Positions 48,130-61,413 of a stretch of 64,000 bases of DNA are shown here, in pieces. Below the pieces are notes generated by a model. It saw only the letters and a program-made list of their open reading frames with translations. It searched no databases and was not told where the DNA came from. The DNA comes from Camelus dromedarius (taxonomy: Eukaryota). Each line of letters starts with the position of its first letter. Within the stretch, counting starts at the first letter, position 1. The DNA lies in the NCBI RefSeq assembly GCF_036321535.1, contig NC_087436.1, forward strand, positions 117,740,001 to 117,804,000. Reading direction: 5' to 3'. The translations under genes and the position numbers were made by a program.

Positions 48130-51100
48130 ATAATGGAAATAGATTATCTAACTTTCAAACAAGCAAAAAGGACCAAAGAAGGAATAATAATATGTATATA
48201 TATTATTTAAAATGTATATATATACTTTAAAACCAGCAGTAATCCAGTAAAGGTCAGGAGAGTATAAAAAAGAAGAATTAAAATTAAAAACTGAAAAAAG
48301 TTACAAATAACAATAGTAAGAACAAAAATTACAATAAATGAAAAGGGATTAAAATTTATTAAAATTTAGAAAGTCTCAGATGGAAGTTATAATACCCTGT
48401 TCTATGCTATTTACTAGAAACAAACCTAAAATGTAATGAGACATTGACATCAAAAGTAAGGGAAAAGGAAGTGGCGTGCGAGACAAACATTCTGTTCCTC
48501 TTACATCCCACATCCCACCCCCCAGCAAATCCCGTCTGTGTCCTAAACCAAAGATCACTCGTCTCCTCAACTGCTCCCACACTTGTTCAAGCCACTGTCA
48601 CCTCTGCCTTGGCAATAACTGGAGCCTCCCAACTAATTTTTTATTCTTATCCCTCTGGTTTAGTTTTTCACAAGGTAGCTAGACTGATTTTTTTTTTCAA
48701 GTATTTCAAGTCATGTCATTGATCAAAACCCTCTGGTAGTTTTTTATGCCACTCAACGTAAGACCCCAAGTTTCACTGTGGGTTTGAAGCCTTATGTATT
48801 CTAGTCCCTTGATTCCTTTTACATTGTCTCATACGACTTCCCACTTGATCAAAGCACTCTAGACCCAGGTGGTGGTGGGGGGAACCCTTTATCGCTGGGT
48901 GAGGAGAAAGAAGCCAGCCTGGACCCGTAGGTTTCCTGCTGTTCAGGGAGATGCAAGATCACTGAGAAAGTCCTACTCATGAGCCCCAGGAGCACAAGGC
49001 TTGCCTAGGATTGAGCCTGACCCAGGACACAGGGATCGCTCCCTGCTCCCTCAGCCAGGCTAGCAAGTACCAGGTAACCAGCAGCGACACTCTACCACTG
49101 GGGGTTGAGCAGAGGTGTGGGGAGAGACCACTCTGAGACACAGGCTCATAGGGAAGCCTCAAAGCTGAGAGCAAACCAGGTTTACTGTGAAAAATCCTAG
49201 GATAAACAGGCCCTATTCTAAGTCAGATGTAACACCAGAGAAATTTGAATCTGGTGATGTATTGAAGACAACCACAGTTAACAAAAAAACCTAAAGCCAA
49301 TTAAAAGCCATACTAAATTGAATCAGTCTTGACAGTAACAGCCTGCTAGACAAGGTGTGTCCATTTCTAGGCATAAAAACTATTTACGTCAGTCTCTACT
49401 TTTCCCAATATGAGATCTAGCAGTCAATAAAAAAAATGAGGCACATAAAAAAGCAAGGAGAAAATTTTCAGTCAAGAGACGATGCAATCAACAGAACCAG
49501 ACTAAAAGAGGACCCACAATTTGTAACCATCAGAAAGGAAATTCAACACACTACAATTAATTATGTCAAAGGCCCTAGTGGAGGAAGTAGACTGTATGTG
49601 TTTACATGAACAAGTGGGAGTATTTCAGCAGAGAGAGGCACATCGTAAGAGTCAAAAGGAAATGTAAGAAATAAAAATATTAGTAACATAAATAGAGAAT
49701 GCTTTCTACAGGCTTATCAACAGACTCAACATAGAAAGGGGAAGAATCAGTACATATGAATATAGGCAAGTAGGAATTACCCAAACAGAAACATAAAGGG
49801 GGAAAAAGTGCAAAGAACAGAGCAGAGTACACAAGAGCTGGAACACTGTCAAGCGGTCTATTATACGTAGTATTGAATCCTAGAAGGAGAAGAGAAAGAA
49901 ATCAGGGCAAAGGAATCTTTGTAGGGATAAAGGCTGAGAATTTTCCAAAAGTAATTAATCACAACAAACCAGAGACCTAAGAAGCCCAGAGAATTCCCAA
50001 CAGGAGAAATATTTTTTTTTTAATCTAGGCAAAATATATTCAAACAGCTGAAGAGTAAAAGTAAGGAGAAAATCTTGGAGGCAGTCAGAGAAAAAAAGAC
50101 ACATTCCATCCGGAGGAAGAAAGGTAAGAATTACAGCAGATGTCTTGTCAGAAGCCACGTGAGCCAGAAGACAATTGAGCGACATCGTTAAGTGACTGAA
50201 AAGAAAAAGAAAAAAAAAAAAATCTGTCAACAGAATGATCAACCCAGGAAAAAAAAATCACTCAAAAATGAAGACAAGATAGAGGTTTCTAAGAACAAAC
50301 GAAATCTAAAAGAATTAATAAATAATGCATCGGTAGAAAACAGCTACCAACTTTGAATTGTGCCATTGGCAAAAACATTCTTCCAAACTGAAAGCAAAAT
50401 GGAAACAACCCAAATCCACCTAACCTGTAAATAGATAAAGGAAATAAAACAAATCTGTACCACAGGATGCTGCCCAGCAATGAACAGGGAGGGACTGATG
50501 CATGTAACCACGTGGGTGGATCTCCAAAACATCTAAGTGCAAGAAACCAGTCACACAGTTACTCCATGCTACGTGATTCCACTGGTTAAATTCTACAAAA
50601 TGGAAAGTTACAGCGACAGAGCAGATGAGTAATTTCATGGGGCTGAGGGTGTGGGAGGGAGTCAAGGGAGACCCTTCAGTGGGTGATGAACCTGTTCTTA
50701 AACTTGACTCTGATGGTTGTTGCTGGCAGTGTACATTGATCAAAGATCCTTAAACTGTACATTTAAAATAGGTTAATTTTACTGTATGTGAATTTGTATT
50801 TCAAAGCTGTAAACAGTAAGTTGTTCTCAACACTGAACAAATGATTCCATCAAGATATCATACTAAAATAAGCCTTTAGGTCTTGAAAATTTTATGAAAA
50901 ATACTCTGGATCATCAAAATATTTTAATGATCCAAATTAAGCTGGATAATTTGGAGGGAAATATGAATATGAAACAAAGACATATTAGATAAAAAAAAAT
51001 TGAGGGAAGAAACAATGAACAAACCTACACCAAAGGAAATATTAGGAGGAATTCTTCAGGTGGAAAAAACACAGTGCTAAATGGGAGCACTGACCTTCAG

Positions 51101-52550
51101 GAAAGAATAAAGAGTGATGGAAAGGGTGAATATATAAGGAAGTATAAATGAATATTAACTGTATGCATAATTTCAAGGTCTGGTATGTATGTAGAACTAA
51201 AATATGTGACAATAACACAACAAGTTGGAGAATATTCATGGAGTTAAAGTGTTCTGAGTTCCTTTTATTACCCAGGAAGCAGTAAAATTACAAATTTATA
51301 TTAAACTCTAATAAGTCAAAGATGCATATTGTAATGTCTAGAATAAGCGTAAAAATATAGCAAAAGAATGGATGACAAACACATGTACAGAAGGGAGAAA
51401 GGAATAAGAAAATATTCCTTAATCAAAAGAAAGGCAAGAAAGAGAAGAAAGAGTAATTAATATAGAATAGTTGGGACAAAAATAGGAAACAAACAGCAAG
51501 ATGCTGATTTAAACCAATTACATCATAAATGGTATTAAATGTGAACAAACTAAATATTCCAATTAATAGAATAAACTGTCAGACATGATAAAAGAAATAA
51601 TACCCAGTGATCTGTAGCTTTCTAGAGCACACATTGAAAGTAAAGACAAAAAAAAATTGGAAACAAAAGAAGGGAAAATATTTACCATGCAGCACTAACT
51701 AACCAAAAGAAATCTCATGTGGTTATACTAATATCAAACAAAGTAGACTTTAAGACAAGAAACATTTTAAATATACAAAAAGATGTTTCATAAAAGGGTT
51801 AATTCACCAGTAATCAATTCAAAATTTATATGCATATTTAATAGCATAGCTTAAAAATTTATAAAGCAAAAGTTAAGAGAACTAAAAAGAGGAATAATTG
51901 TAGAATAGATAAACAAGATTACACTGTATAGCACAGGGAAATATACACAAAATGTTATGATAACTCACAGAGAAAAAAATGTGACAATGAATGTGTATAT
52001 GTCCATGAATGACTGAAAAATTGTGCTGAACACTGGAATTTGACACAACATTGTAAAATGATTATAAATCAATAAAAAATGTTAAAAAAAAGTAAATAAA
52101 AATAAAAAGAGGAATAAAGTAATGAAAATAAAGAAATAAAGTCATAGTGGAAGAATTTAGTGAATAGATTCGATAATTGATAGAACATACAGATAAAAAC
52201 TCAGTAGGAATGTGGAAGAGTTAAATAACAGAATTACAAAATTTAATCTGATCAACATAAACAAGGCACCACAGCCCAAGTGCAACGGTGAGGATCCAGC
52301 TGAATAAGTTAGAAAAAGTACAAAAAAAAGCCTAAGTAATGTAAAGGGAGGAAATAATACAAGTAAGAGTGAAGATTACTCAACTAGAAAATAAATGTTA
52401 GCATCAGAATCAACACAGACAGAAGTCTGTGGTGTGAGTGGACTGATACAATCAATGACTCTTGCAAGACTGATTAAGAGAAAAAGAAAAGGCACAAATC
52501 ACAGGTCTCAGGGCAGATCCTATAAACAAGGACACTGAGAAACCAGCAGC
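48130..52550 (+). mobile_element. Composite old L1M block (ORF1 and ORF2-start remnants, 3'UTR piece ~50340-50810, L2 piece ~48500-48870)
   Basis: A-rich; ggctgagaattttccaaa, gagaaaatcttggaggcagtcagag, atactaatatcaaacaaagtagactttaagacaag; no intact ORF. Confidence 0.75.
51898..52103 (+). mobile_element. Young camelid L1 3' tail
   Basis: Identical TAAAAAGAGGAATAA at 51883-51897 and 52103-52117; ctgtatagcacagggaaatatac...caataaaaaatgttaaaaaaaa. Confidence 0.9.
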
Positions 52551-52759
52551 AAAAATGCTAGAGTATTCATTTTTGTTAAATCTGGGTAGTAGGAACACAG
52601 TTATTACACTAACATGTGTATTTAGTTGTATATATGAATAGTTCAGAATTGTCAAATAAACACACTAAAAAAACCCAAAGGTGGTTTTCTGACGCTTAAC
52701 GCAGATTTGCTTCTACTGTTCACAGCACTGCCCGTTTCCTTCTGTTTGTAATTATTGAT

Positions 52760-52990
52760 GAAAATAACAGACACATCGGGCATCTATGAGGCACCAGCCA
52801 CTGCTGTCAGGTTGCCACACTATTTCACTGCCTCCTCATGACAGCCTGAGGAGACAGGACCACTCTCTGTGTATTAGAGAGGCCAAGGGGGACTCAGGGA
52901 CCGGCTGCCCAAAGTTACTCAGCCATAGTAAGTGCAGGAGCTGAGACTCGGACCCATGAAGTTGATGCTTGAACCCCAAGTGTTCAGAGA
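52760..52990 (-). mobile_element. MIR
   Basis: cctcatgacagcctgag...ctgcccaaagttactcagcc. Confidence 0.6.
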
Positions 52991-53205
52991 TGAAGGTGCA
53001 TAAAGCACTCTTGGTACTCTCGCTCTGGGGGTACAGAGCGATCAAGGCTGATGTGGTCCCTACCCTGAGGACAGACAATCGAGTGAGTGCTTTCCATGGG
53101 AGGGGGTGCTGAACCCTAAAATAAGACAGAAGCAGGAGACTCTGCTTGCTTCGTCGTTCTGCTCGATGGAGGGACAGCATGTGAGGGTTTCCATCCTTTG
53201 GGGTT

Positions 53206-53692
53206 TGTGTTAGTGTCCTGTGGCTGCTCTAACAAATTACCACAAACTGGTGGCTTAAAACAACAGAGCTTTATTCTCTCACTGTTCTGAGGCCAGAAGT
53301 CCCAAATCAAAGGGTTGAGAGGGCTGTGCTCCCTCCAGAGGCTCCAGGGGGGAGTCTGGTCCTTGCCTCTTCCAGCTTCTGGTGGCTGCGGGCCGTCCTT
53401 GGTGTCCCCGGGCTTGGGGGCACATTGCTTAACTTCTGCCTCTGTCTTCACATCCCTTCCCTGTGTGTGTCAAATCTCCCTCTGCCTTCCCTCTAATTAA
53501 GGACACATGTTGAATTTAGGGTCCCCCTAAGTAGTCTAGCATTAGTGCCTTCCCTCAAAAACCTTAACTCCATCACACCTTTTTCTATGTAAAATAATAT
53601 TCCATCTTTTACCATGGACAGTAATAGTCACAGACTCAGGGACCAGGGTGTGGACGCATTCGGGGGTGGAGGGCAGCACTCAGCCTGCTGCA
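53206..53692 (-). mobile_element. MLT1C/D-like solo LTR
   Basis: tgtgttagtgtcctgtggctgctctaacaaattaccacaaac...; perfect 5-bp TSD GGGTT at 53201-53205 and 53693-53697. Confidence 0.9.
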
Positions 53693-54674
53693 GGGTTCAC
53701 GGCCTGCGGGGTTGTGGCTGAGTCAGGTATGACAGAGCTTCGTGAATCTGCCGGGCGGCAGGAGCAGAAGGGGCGTGGAAAGCACCACAGCTCTGTTCGT
53801 GTGGGTTGTGCCTTACAGCTGGGGGTCCTTGGCCACCACTAAAATGTCTGATCTCTAGCAATCTGTTGAGATGTTCGGATTCAAGGGAGATGGCTGGGTA
53901 TATGTTGCTTCCCCCCTAAAGAATACAATTATTACAAAATGATGGCCCCAGTTCGAATTTTCTAACTGGAGTCCCATGTTTTAATGTGGAAACATACACA
54001 GTATACAGCCTTTTTGTTCTAATGATATAATGGACAGGAGCATGTTGACTTTGAGTCGGATCGGAAGCTGAGTCTTGGCTTCACTCCCTTCCTTGATGTG
54101 CGACTGAGCCTCAGCTTCCTCATCTGCAAAACGGGCCACTTGTCTTGCAGGGCTATGGGGAGGCCCCCAGTGTGATGCCTGGCGCACAGAAGGCCTCCCC
54201 ATGCTTGCCTCTTCTCCTGGCCTCTTAGATGTTCATGGACCAGCACCGAAAGAGACCAGCCCGAGGCTCACTTTGCGTAAGGAGGAAGCAACCGGAGTTT
54301 ACCAACCATCAACATCCCTGCAGGGGGAGGAGGTGTCGACAGAGCTTTTAAACTGGTTTCTTCTGATGGCGGGGCTCCTGCAGCATCAGAGGGGATTTAC
54401 TCTAGTAACAGGTGGGGCGGTTTCTCATGCGAAGAATAGTTAGGAAAATACCAGCTCTCAGCACAGGGCCAGCAGAAGGAAAAAACTCCATCTTCAGTTT
54501 TACTAATTTCGAATTGAAATTCAGCCATTTCCTTCACTCATGAATACAGACAACAAGTCTGTAAATTAGATACCCGTGAATTTGTCGCTAAGAGAAGTCA
54601 GAGCTCTTTCACATCACGTGGTTAGAACCATGTGTGCTCGTCACTACTTAGAAAGGGAGGCCTGTTTTCCTCTA

Positions 54675-55180
54675 GTTTTACTGATGTATTATTGACATAC
54701 AACATTATATAAGTTTAAGGTGTACAACGCGATGATTTGATAAACAGTTTTATTGTGAAATGATTACCACGATGAGGTTAGTTAACACATCCGTCACTTC
54801 ACATAGTTACCTCCGTGTGTGTGTGTGTGTGTGTGTGTGTTGATGATATTTAGGATCCACTCTCTCAGCAACTTTCAGGTATAAAGTCTGGTATTGTTAA
54901 CTCTGTAAACATGCTGTCCATTAAATCCCCGAACTTCCTCATCTTATAATTGGAAGCATGTAGTCTTTGATCAATATCTCCCTATCTCCCCACCCCTCAG
55001 CCCCTGGCAACAACCATTCTATCTGTGTCTATGAGTTGGATTTTTTTCAGATTCCACATGTAAGGGAGATCATATGGTTTTTGTCTTTGTTTGACATATT
55101 TCACTTACCATAATGCCCTCAAGTTTCATTCATGTTGCTGAAAACCACAGGATTTCCTATTTTTTTCTATGGCTAAATAT
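54675..55180 (-). mobile_element. L1MA-like 3' end with (GT)13 at 54815-54840
   Basis: ttgacatacaacattatataagtttaagg...cagattccacatgtaagggagatcat. Confidence 0.85.
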
Positions 55181-55375
55181 AGGGGCTCTTTCCTCACCCA
55201 TCATGCAGTTGTGTGTGGTCTTAGCTCCCTCTGGAGTGCCTAAGGGTCCAGCTGGACACCAAATTCTGCTCTTCCTCAAGCATGCCAGACACACTCCTGC
55301 CACAGGGCCTTTGCACTGCCTGCTCCCTGTGCTTAGAATGCTCTTCCCTCAGTACCCACTGGACTCACCCCTTAT

Positions 55376-55790
55376 TGTGGGTTGAATTGTGTCCATCAAT
55401 GCCTATGAATGCGACCTTCTTTAGAAATAGAGTTTTTGCAGATGTAATTACTTATGATGAGGTCATCTTGGATAAGTGTGGACCCTAAACCCAACAACTG
55501 GTGTCCTTATAAAAGAGAAGAGACACAGACATGGAGGAGAAGGCCATGTGAAGAAGGCGGAAGAGATTTGACTGATGCATTTACAAACCAAAGCACACCA
55601 CGGATTGCCATCAACCTCCAGAAACCAGGAGAGGGACATGGAACAGATCCTTCCTCAGAAACTCCAGAAGGGGCCAACCCTGCCAACACTTTGATTTTGG
55701 ACTTCTGGCCTCCAAAATAGAGAAGAAATTCCTCTTGTTGTAAGTCACCAAGTTTTGGTAATTTGTCAAAGTGGCCCTTGGAAAAGAATC
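55376..55790 (+). mobile_element. MLT1B/C-like LTR inside an L2 (~55230-56270)
   Basis: tgtgggttgaattgtgtcc...gtttttgcagatgtaatt...ggacttctggcctcca. Confidence 0.85.
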
Positions 55791-55915
55791 CCCTCCCCCA
55801 TCCCCTTTTCAAGGAAGCCCATGGGGACCCATCTGCTCCAAACTGCAGGCTGGCCCATCCCCACCCAGACCATCCGAGTCTTCCTCATCTGCTGTAATTT
55901 CTCTGTTTCTGGAGC

Positions 55916-56077
55916 CAGGACTCAAGCCCAGTGCAAAATAAGAATACAAGGTCCCTTGTTCAAAAACTATTTAGGTCTTCAAGCTGGAGACAACTGAGCA
56001 TTAAGCTGAACTCGGGGCCCTCCTGGGTGTGGGGCTCTGGGTAAGTGCACAGGCCACACCCTGGAAGGCCAGCCCTG
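55916..56077 (-). mobile_element. MER45A-like hAT-Tip100 MITE
   Basis: gcccagtgcaaaat...cccttgttcaaaaa...gaaggccagccctg; 8-bp TSD TCTGGAGC / TCCGGAGC. Confidence 0.85.
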
Positions 56078-56397
56078 TCCGGAGCACGGATCACCTTCTA
56101 CTGTCCTACAGACTCATTTCTTTATGATATCTGTCGTGCATGGTTCATTCCACAAGAACGTAAGCTCCTCAAAGGCGGTGCCCTTTTCCAGCTTCACTGA
56201 CACACCCCAGTCCTCTGGCATAGCTCCAGGCACGGAGTAGGCTCTCAAGAAAATTGTCTTAATGATTGACAGGAGGCGCTAATCAACGGGCCCTGCTCTT
56301 ACTCCTGGCCAAGGTCAGGACGGGGGCCCAGGTCCACCAGCCCTTTCCTCTCTACCAGCTCAGCACAAAGCTTAGACACCATGAATCCCTGGGGCTC

Positions 56398-56803
56398 TTT
56401 TTTAATTGAAGTGTAGATGATTTACAATGTTTCAGGTGTATAGCAAAATGATTTGGTTATATATATATTCTTTTTTCAGAATCTTTTCCATTATAGATTA
56501 TTACAAGTCATTAAATATAGTTCCCTGTGCTGTACAGTAGGACCTTATGTTTATCTATTTTATATATAGTAGTGTATCTGTGAATCCCAAACTCTTAATT
56601 GATCCCTCCCCCACCCCTTTCCCCCTTTGGTAACCATAAGTTTGTTCGCTATGTCTGTGAGTCTCTTTCTGTTTTGCAAATAAGTTCATTTGTATCATTT
56701 TTAAGATTCCACATATAAGTGATATCACACAATATTTATCTTTCTCCTTCTGACTTAAGTCACTTAGTGTGATCATCTCTAGGTCCATCCATGTGGCTGC
56801 AAA
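56398..56803 (-). mobile_element. Artiodactyl-type L1 3' end, followed by a MIR (~56820-56960)
   Basis: ORF 56555-56788 MDLEMITLSDLSQKEKDKY; ttccctgtgctgtacagtagg. Confidence 0.9.
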
Positions 56804-57636
56804 TTTTTTTTAAAGCAGTAGAGCTACTTTGTATCTCTGGCCTCAGTTTCCTTATCTGGAAAATGGGATAATTGTAGTATCCACCCTTTGAGGTTACTTG
56901 GTTATGAAGTGACAGAATACAGGGAAATGCCCCAAACAGTATAGGGCAGGTGAGCATCCTTCAGAAAAGAATGGGACCCAGAGAGGCGGGGGCTGTGGCG
57001 GGCAGCAGCCACTCTGCTCCCAGCGTTCCGGGATGACAGAGAAAAAGGGAGGCAGAGGAAGACACAAGTCAGGGAGATGCTGACTCGGGCTCTAGGCAGA
57101 TCCACCAGTTGCCAATATGCAAGCAGGGCCTTCGGAATGACAACAAAGAGGCCATTCCGGGCCTCCTGCCCCGCAGGCATCTCTGTGATGACTTAGGTCC
57201 GTGTTTTGAAGACTCTAGCAAAGAGCTGAATAATTGATTTTGAAATATTTGAGTTCTGGAACATGAAATGGAACCATTAAGCTTTTCATGTACCTTCCTC
57301 TCCTCCATAACAACACGGAGCTTATTTTAAACTCCAGAAATAACAAAAAGAACCGGGAGACCACCCCCTCAGAATAACCCCCAGCGGCCGATGAAAGGAG
57401 ACTGTATCAGATTCGCTTCGGGATAGAAAGGCTTCTAAGAAATGGATTTTCACAATGTCAAAACAGGGTTGGCTTATAAGTTTTCACAAGGATTAGACCC
57501 GCCTGCTTTGCCTTCGGATGAATGCCGGTGGTCAAAGTCATTTCACTGGAGTCACAGAAAACGAAAACACTTTTCCGGAGGGGTTTGTGTTTTAAAACGA
57601 CGTGGAATTCTTGAATAAAACAGCTTGTCAGGAAAA

Positions 57637-58010
57637 CTTTTTTTACATTAAAAGATTTTATTTTTGCAGAGCAGATTTTGGTTTGTAGACCAAATTGAAT
57701 GGAAAGTACAGACAGTTCCCACACACCCTCCTTCACCCTGATAACTTCCCCTGTTATTGACATCTTGCCTCAGGGTTCCAACTAAGGGGAGCCAATCCGG
57801 TTTCATTAGAATTAATCAAAGTCCACAGCTGACTTAGGGTTTATCCTTTATGCTGTACGTTCTCTAGGTTTTGGCAATGTAGATGGTCAGATACCCTCCA
57901 CTACAATATCACACCATCATTTCACAGCCCTCAGTGTCCTCTGTGTTCATGCCTCCCTCCCTCCAAACGCCTGGCAACCGCAGATCTTTTTACTGTCTCC
58001 GTGATTTGGG
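57637..58010 (-). mobile_element. L1MC/MD-like 3' end
   Basis: ttttgcagagcagattttgg...aaattgaatggaaagtacagacagttccc...cctggcaaccgcagatctttttactgtctcc. Confidence 0.75.
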
Positions 58011-60992
58011 CTTACCTTTTGCCTTAAGTCGTTTATTGTGTCTTGGGACATTAGCCATTGATCATAGGACACATATTGTATCCGTAAAGAAATTAACACG
58101 TACTCATGGTGCAAATTGGCTTTTACTGAATGAATACCAGATCCAAAAATATTGGAGACCACTGCTTTCGAGATGAGCTGTGAGCTAAACAACTCTCAAT
58201 GAGGGTCCAGCAGCTGGCATTCCTAAATAAACATCTACTTTTAAAAATTATATTTCATAATCAGAGAGGGTCCCTTTGAGTTTGCACAAGTGCCCGCAAC
58301 ACCATTTTCTCCTCTGACTCCTCTGCGGGGCGAGAAAGGAGGCACTCACTTGTACCTCATCTTGGTGGTGACGTGAAGCGACTTTCTCGGCCCACCTGCC
58401 TCCTTCAGCCTCCTTTTTTCTCCTTCTCTAGTAGCATTGGACTCAAGAACCGAAGTTTTCTCCCACTGAACTCGGCTTGCCTTACGAATCTCCCAGTTCC
58501 ACTATTGGTGGAAATGTTTTCTGGCCAATTCAAGGTAACTCAGTCACTTCTGGTTTAAAACTGCCTCTTTGGGGCCAGTAATGTAACTCCACCAATGCTG
58601 GAATCTTGCCCCCCTCCCAAATTCTCCGCCCACGTCCTGGGGGTGAGATAAACTCTGAGGCTTGAGCTGCCAGTGTATGGTCCAGAATTGCATTGTCCAT
58701 AAATCCTTCACGTCTAGACTTCATCTCAGGCTCAGTAGATACTGAACAATTGACTAACTGCCCCGTTGGTCTCAGTCCTGGAAGGTTAGACTCAAAAACT
58801 CCCAAACTGAGCTCATGTCTTCCTTCCCGCTGCTCTTTCTCCAGGGCTCCCCATCGGAGGCATGACCCCGATGCCCACCCTGTTGCTTACACCGGAAACC
58901 AGGCATCAGGCTCAGAAATCAGGCCTTGGGTCCCGGCCATGTCTTGGCTTTCATTCCCTCCTTTCCACTTGCGCAAAAATCTATGGGCTATAAAGTAAAG
59001 ATTCTCATCAGTAATTGGCTCATGAACAGCAGAGACAGCCATTAGTGCAGACTAATATTTAACCCTGTTTATGCAAACATCCATCTCTAGTGTAGACTTC
59101 CTCGTGGGACATTTGAGCCCCACGACTGGCTGGTGCTTCCTTCGGCCAGACCCGGGGAGATGGTGTCCAGGAGGGAGGGAGAGACGCTTTAGAGGACTAC
59201 TGGAACCCTTCATTCCAGTTTTAAAGAACATCCTTCCTCCTTCCCTTGGAACAAGAAGTTCTGTCTCCCAAGCTCAGAGAAGGCCCTGCCCTGGACGAGT
59301 GGGCCCACACATTCTGCTGGGCTTCTCATTTCTCTCTAAAGGGATTGCTATTTGCAAAACGAGGTGTCATGCTGTCCCCTCACCGACATCCAGCCATAAC
59401 TGTGTCCTCTGGCTCATCAAATGATCCTCCTCTTGCTCAGTGACAGAGACTTTGGTGTGAACCTTCTGCAGAGGAGGCGCCCCCAGCAGTCTGCAGTGGC
59501 CGTGCGGGGAGGGCAGTTTTGCACATAAACCTGGCAGTGGCACAGTGGGTAAGCAAGGCGGGGGCCACCATACCTTGTTTCCCAAAGGTCTCTCCTTGTA
59601 GCTTTATAACGTTTCAAAGGAAGCTGTTTCATATTTCCATGGTAGGTTTCAGCCCAGCGTTATCGTCCCTGCCTCACCAATGTGGAAAATGCAGATAAGG
59701 AAAGGCCAAGATATTAAGATTCGTAGCCATAGTGTGAGCCAGGAGTAGCATCTGGGCCTCGTAAATGCTCCGATTATGAAGGTGTTACCCATATTGGACC
59801 GCAGAAGGGCCTCGGGGCCTCCCTTTCTCCAGAGCAATCTTCTATTCCTGGTGGGGGGGTCCTGGGATGGGGGGGTGTCTGCAGGACCAGAGCCTGATGG
59901 AACATGGGACTCGGAGGGGACTTACAGCTCTCTGCTTATGCCTCTCATTTTCACTGGGACTTAGAAGAAGGAAGTGACCTTCACAATGTCATTTTTCTCA
60001 CTCATGCCAGACTTGTTGCCAAGATTTGGGCTGCAGTCAGAACTTTCTGCTTCTCCTTAACCCCCAGCTGGAATAAACCCTGAGTTCTCTATAAACTTTA
60101 TTTGAATACCAAAAAAAGGCAGAACAGAGAAAATTATTATTTTTCCCACCTGGAAGAAGCATGGTATTTAGGATATCTGGGCCTCCGTCCATTTTTTTAA
60201 AGGGATGACGGGGGAACCAGTATGATAAATAATGGATATTATCAAGTTTCCACTTCAGCGTCATGGCCGACTTTCACCGGAAGTTAAGAGCCTGGCATTG
60301 TCAAGTACTCTCCTTAGAAGCCGTTTTGTTCCGTGCTAATCAATCCAAAAGTGGTTTTAAAAGTTTGGAATGTAGTCTGGCCCCAGGATAGGTAAAAAAA
60401 GCTGATGATTAAGGCACAAATCCAATTTTGCTTCTCTATTAAAATGTAACACCTTTATTAAAACGCTGTTATGAACTCTGAGAGGCATATTAGCTTTGCC
60501 GCTGGCCCATGATGTGACCTGAGAGGAGTGACTCACTTCTCTGAGCCTCCTTCTCACTGTGAAACGTACAACACCCACCCCCAAGGATTAGCAGAGAATC
60601 CACTTAGGTGAGAGGATCCATGTACAGCACGCTTAGTGGGCCCACAGATGGTCCTATCTGTGATTGCTTCAGGTTGCCAGAAGCCACCGTGAGATGCTTG
60701 GCCCCTGGGAGATGGACTAAAGACTCTGAGGATCCTCTCTGAGTCTGTAAATATAAGGTAGATGGGCCCTCATCTCTCAGACAATGGGGAGGAAGGGACC
60801 ACTCTCTGCTTACACAGCCCAGGGGGCCAGTTCCCTCTGCCCATTCTCTGAAATTCCAAATTGAAGAACGCTGTCAGGAAAGACTACAGGCACCCCTATC
60901 ACACTCTGAATGCAGGGATAAGTATCCGAGCCCCCAGGGGGAGCTTGTTAGGCAGTCAGGACTGGTGACCTGATCAACCCGGGGTAGGAGGA

Positions 60993-61413
60993 TATATTTT
61001 CAGGGTTTTCCAGAGAAACAGAACCAATAGGATATGTGTATATGTCAAAGGAGATTTATTATAAAGAACTGGCTCAAAAAAATTGGCTCACACGATTTTG
61101 GAGGCTGGCGAGCCCAAAATCTACAGGGTAGGCTGGGAAAAGCTTATGCTGCAGTTTGAGTTCAAAGGCTGTTGCTGGCAGAATTCCCTTGGGCTTGGGG
61201 AAAGTCAGACTTTTGTTCTATTCAGCCTTTCAACTGATTGGATGAGGCTCACCCATATTATAGAGAGCAATCTGCTTTACTCAAAGTCCACTGACTTAAA
61301 TGTTAGTGTCATCTAAAACCACTCTCACAGAAACATCCAGAATAATGTTTGAGCAAATATCTGGATTCCATGGCCCAGCCATGTTTAAAATTAACATAAA
61401 ATTAACCATCACA
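60993..61413 (-). mobile_element. MLT2B-like ERVL solo LTR
   Basis: cagggttttccagagaaacagaaccaatagg...ctgattggatgaggctcaccc...aaaattaaccatcaca; TSD GAGGA/GAGGG. Confidence 0.9.
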
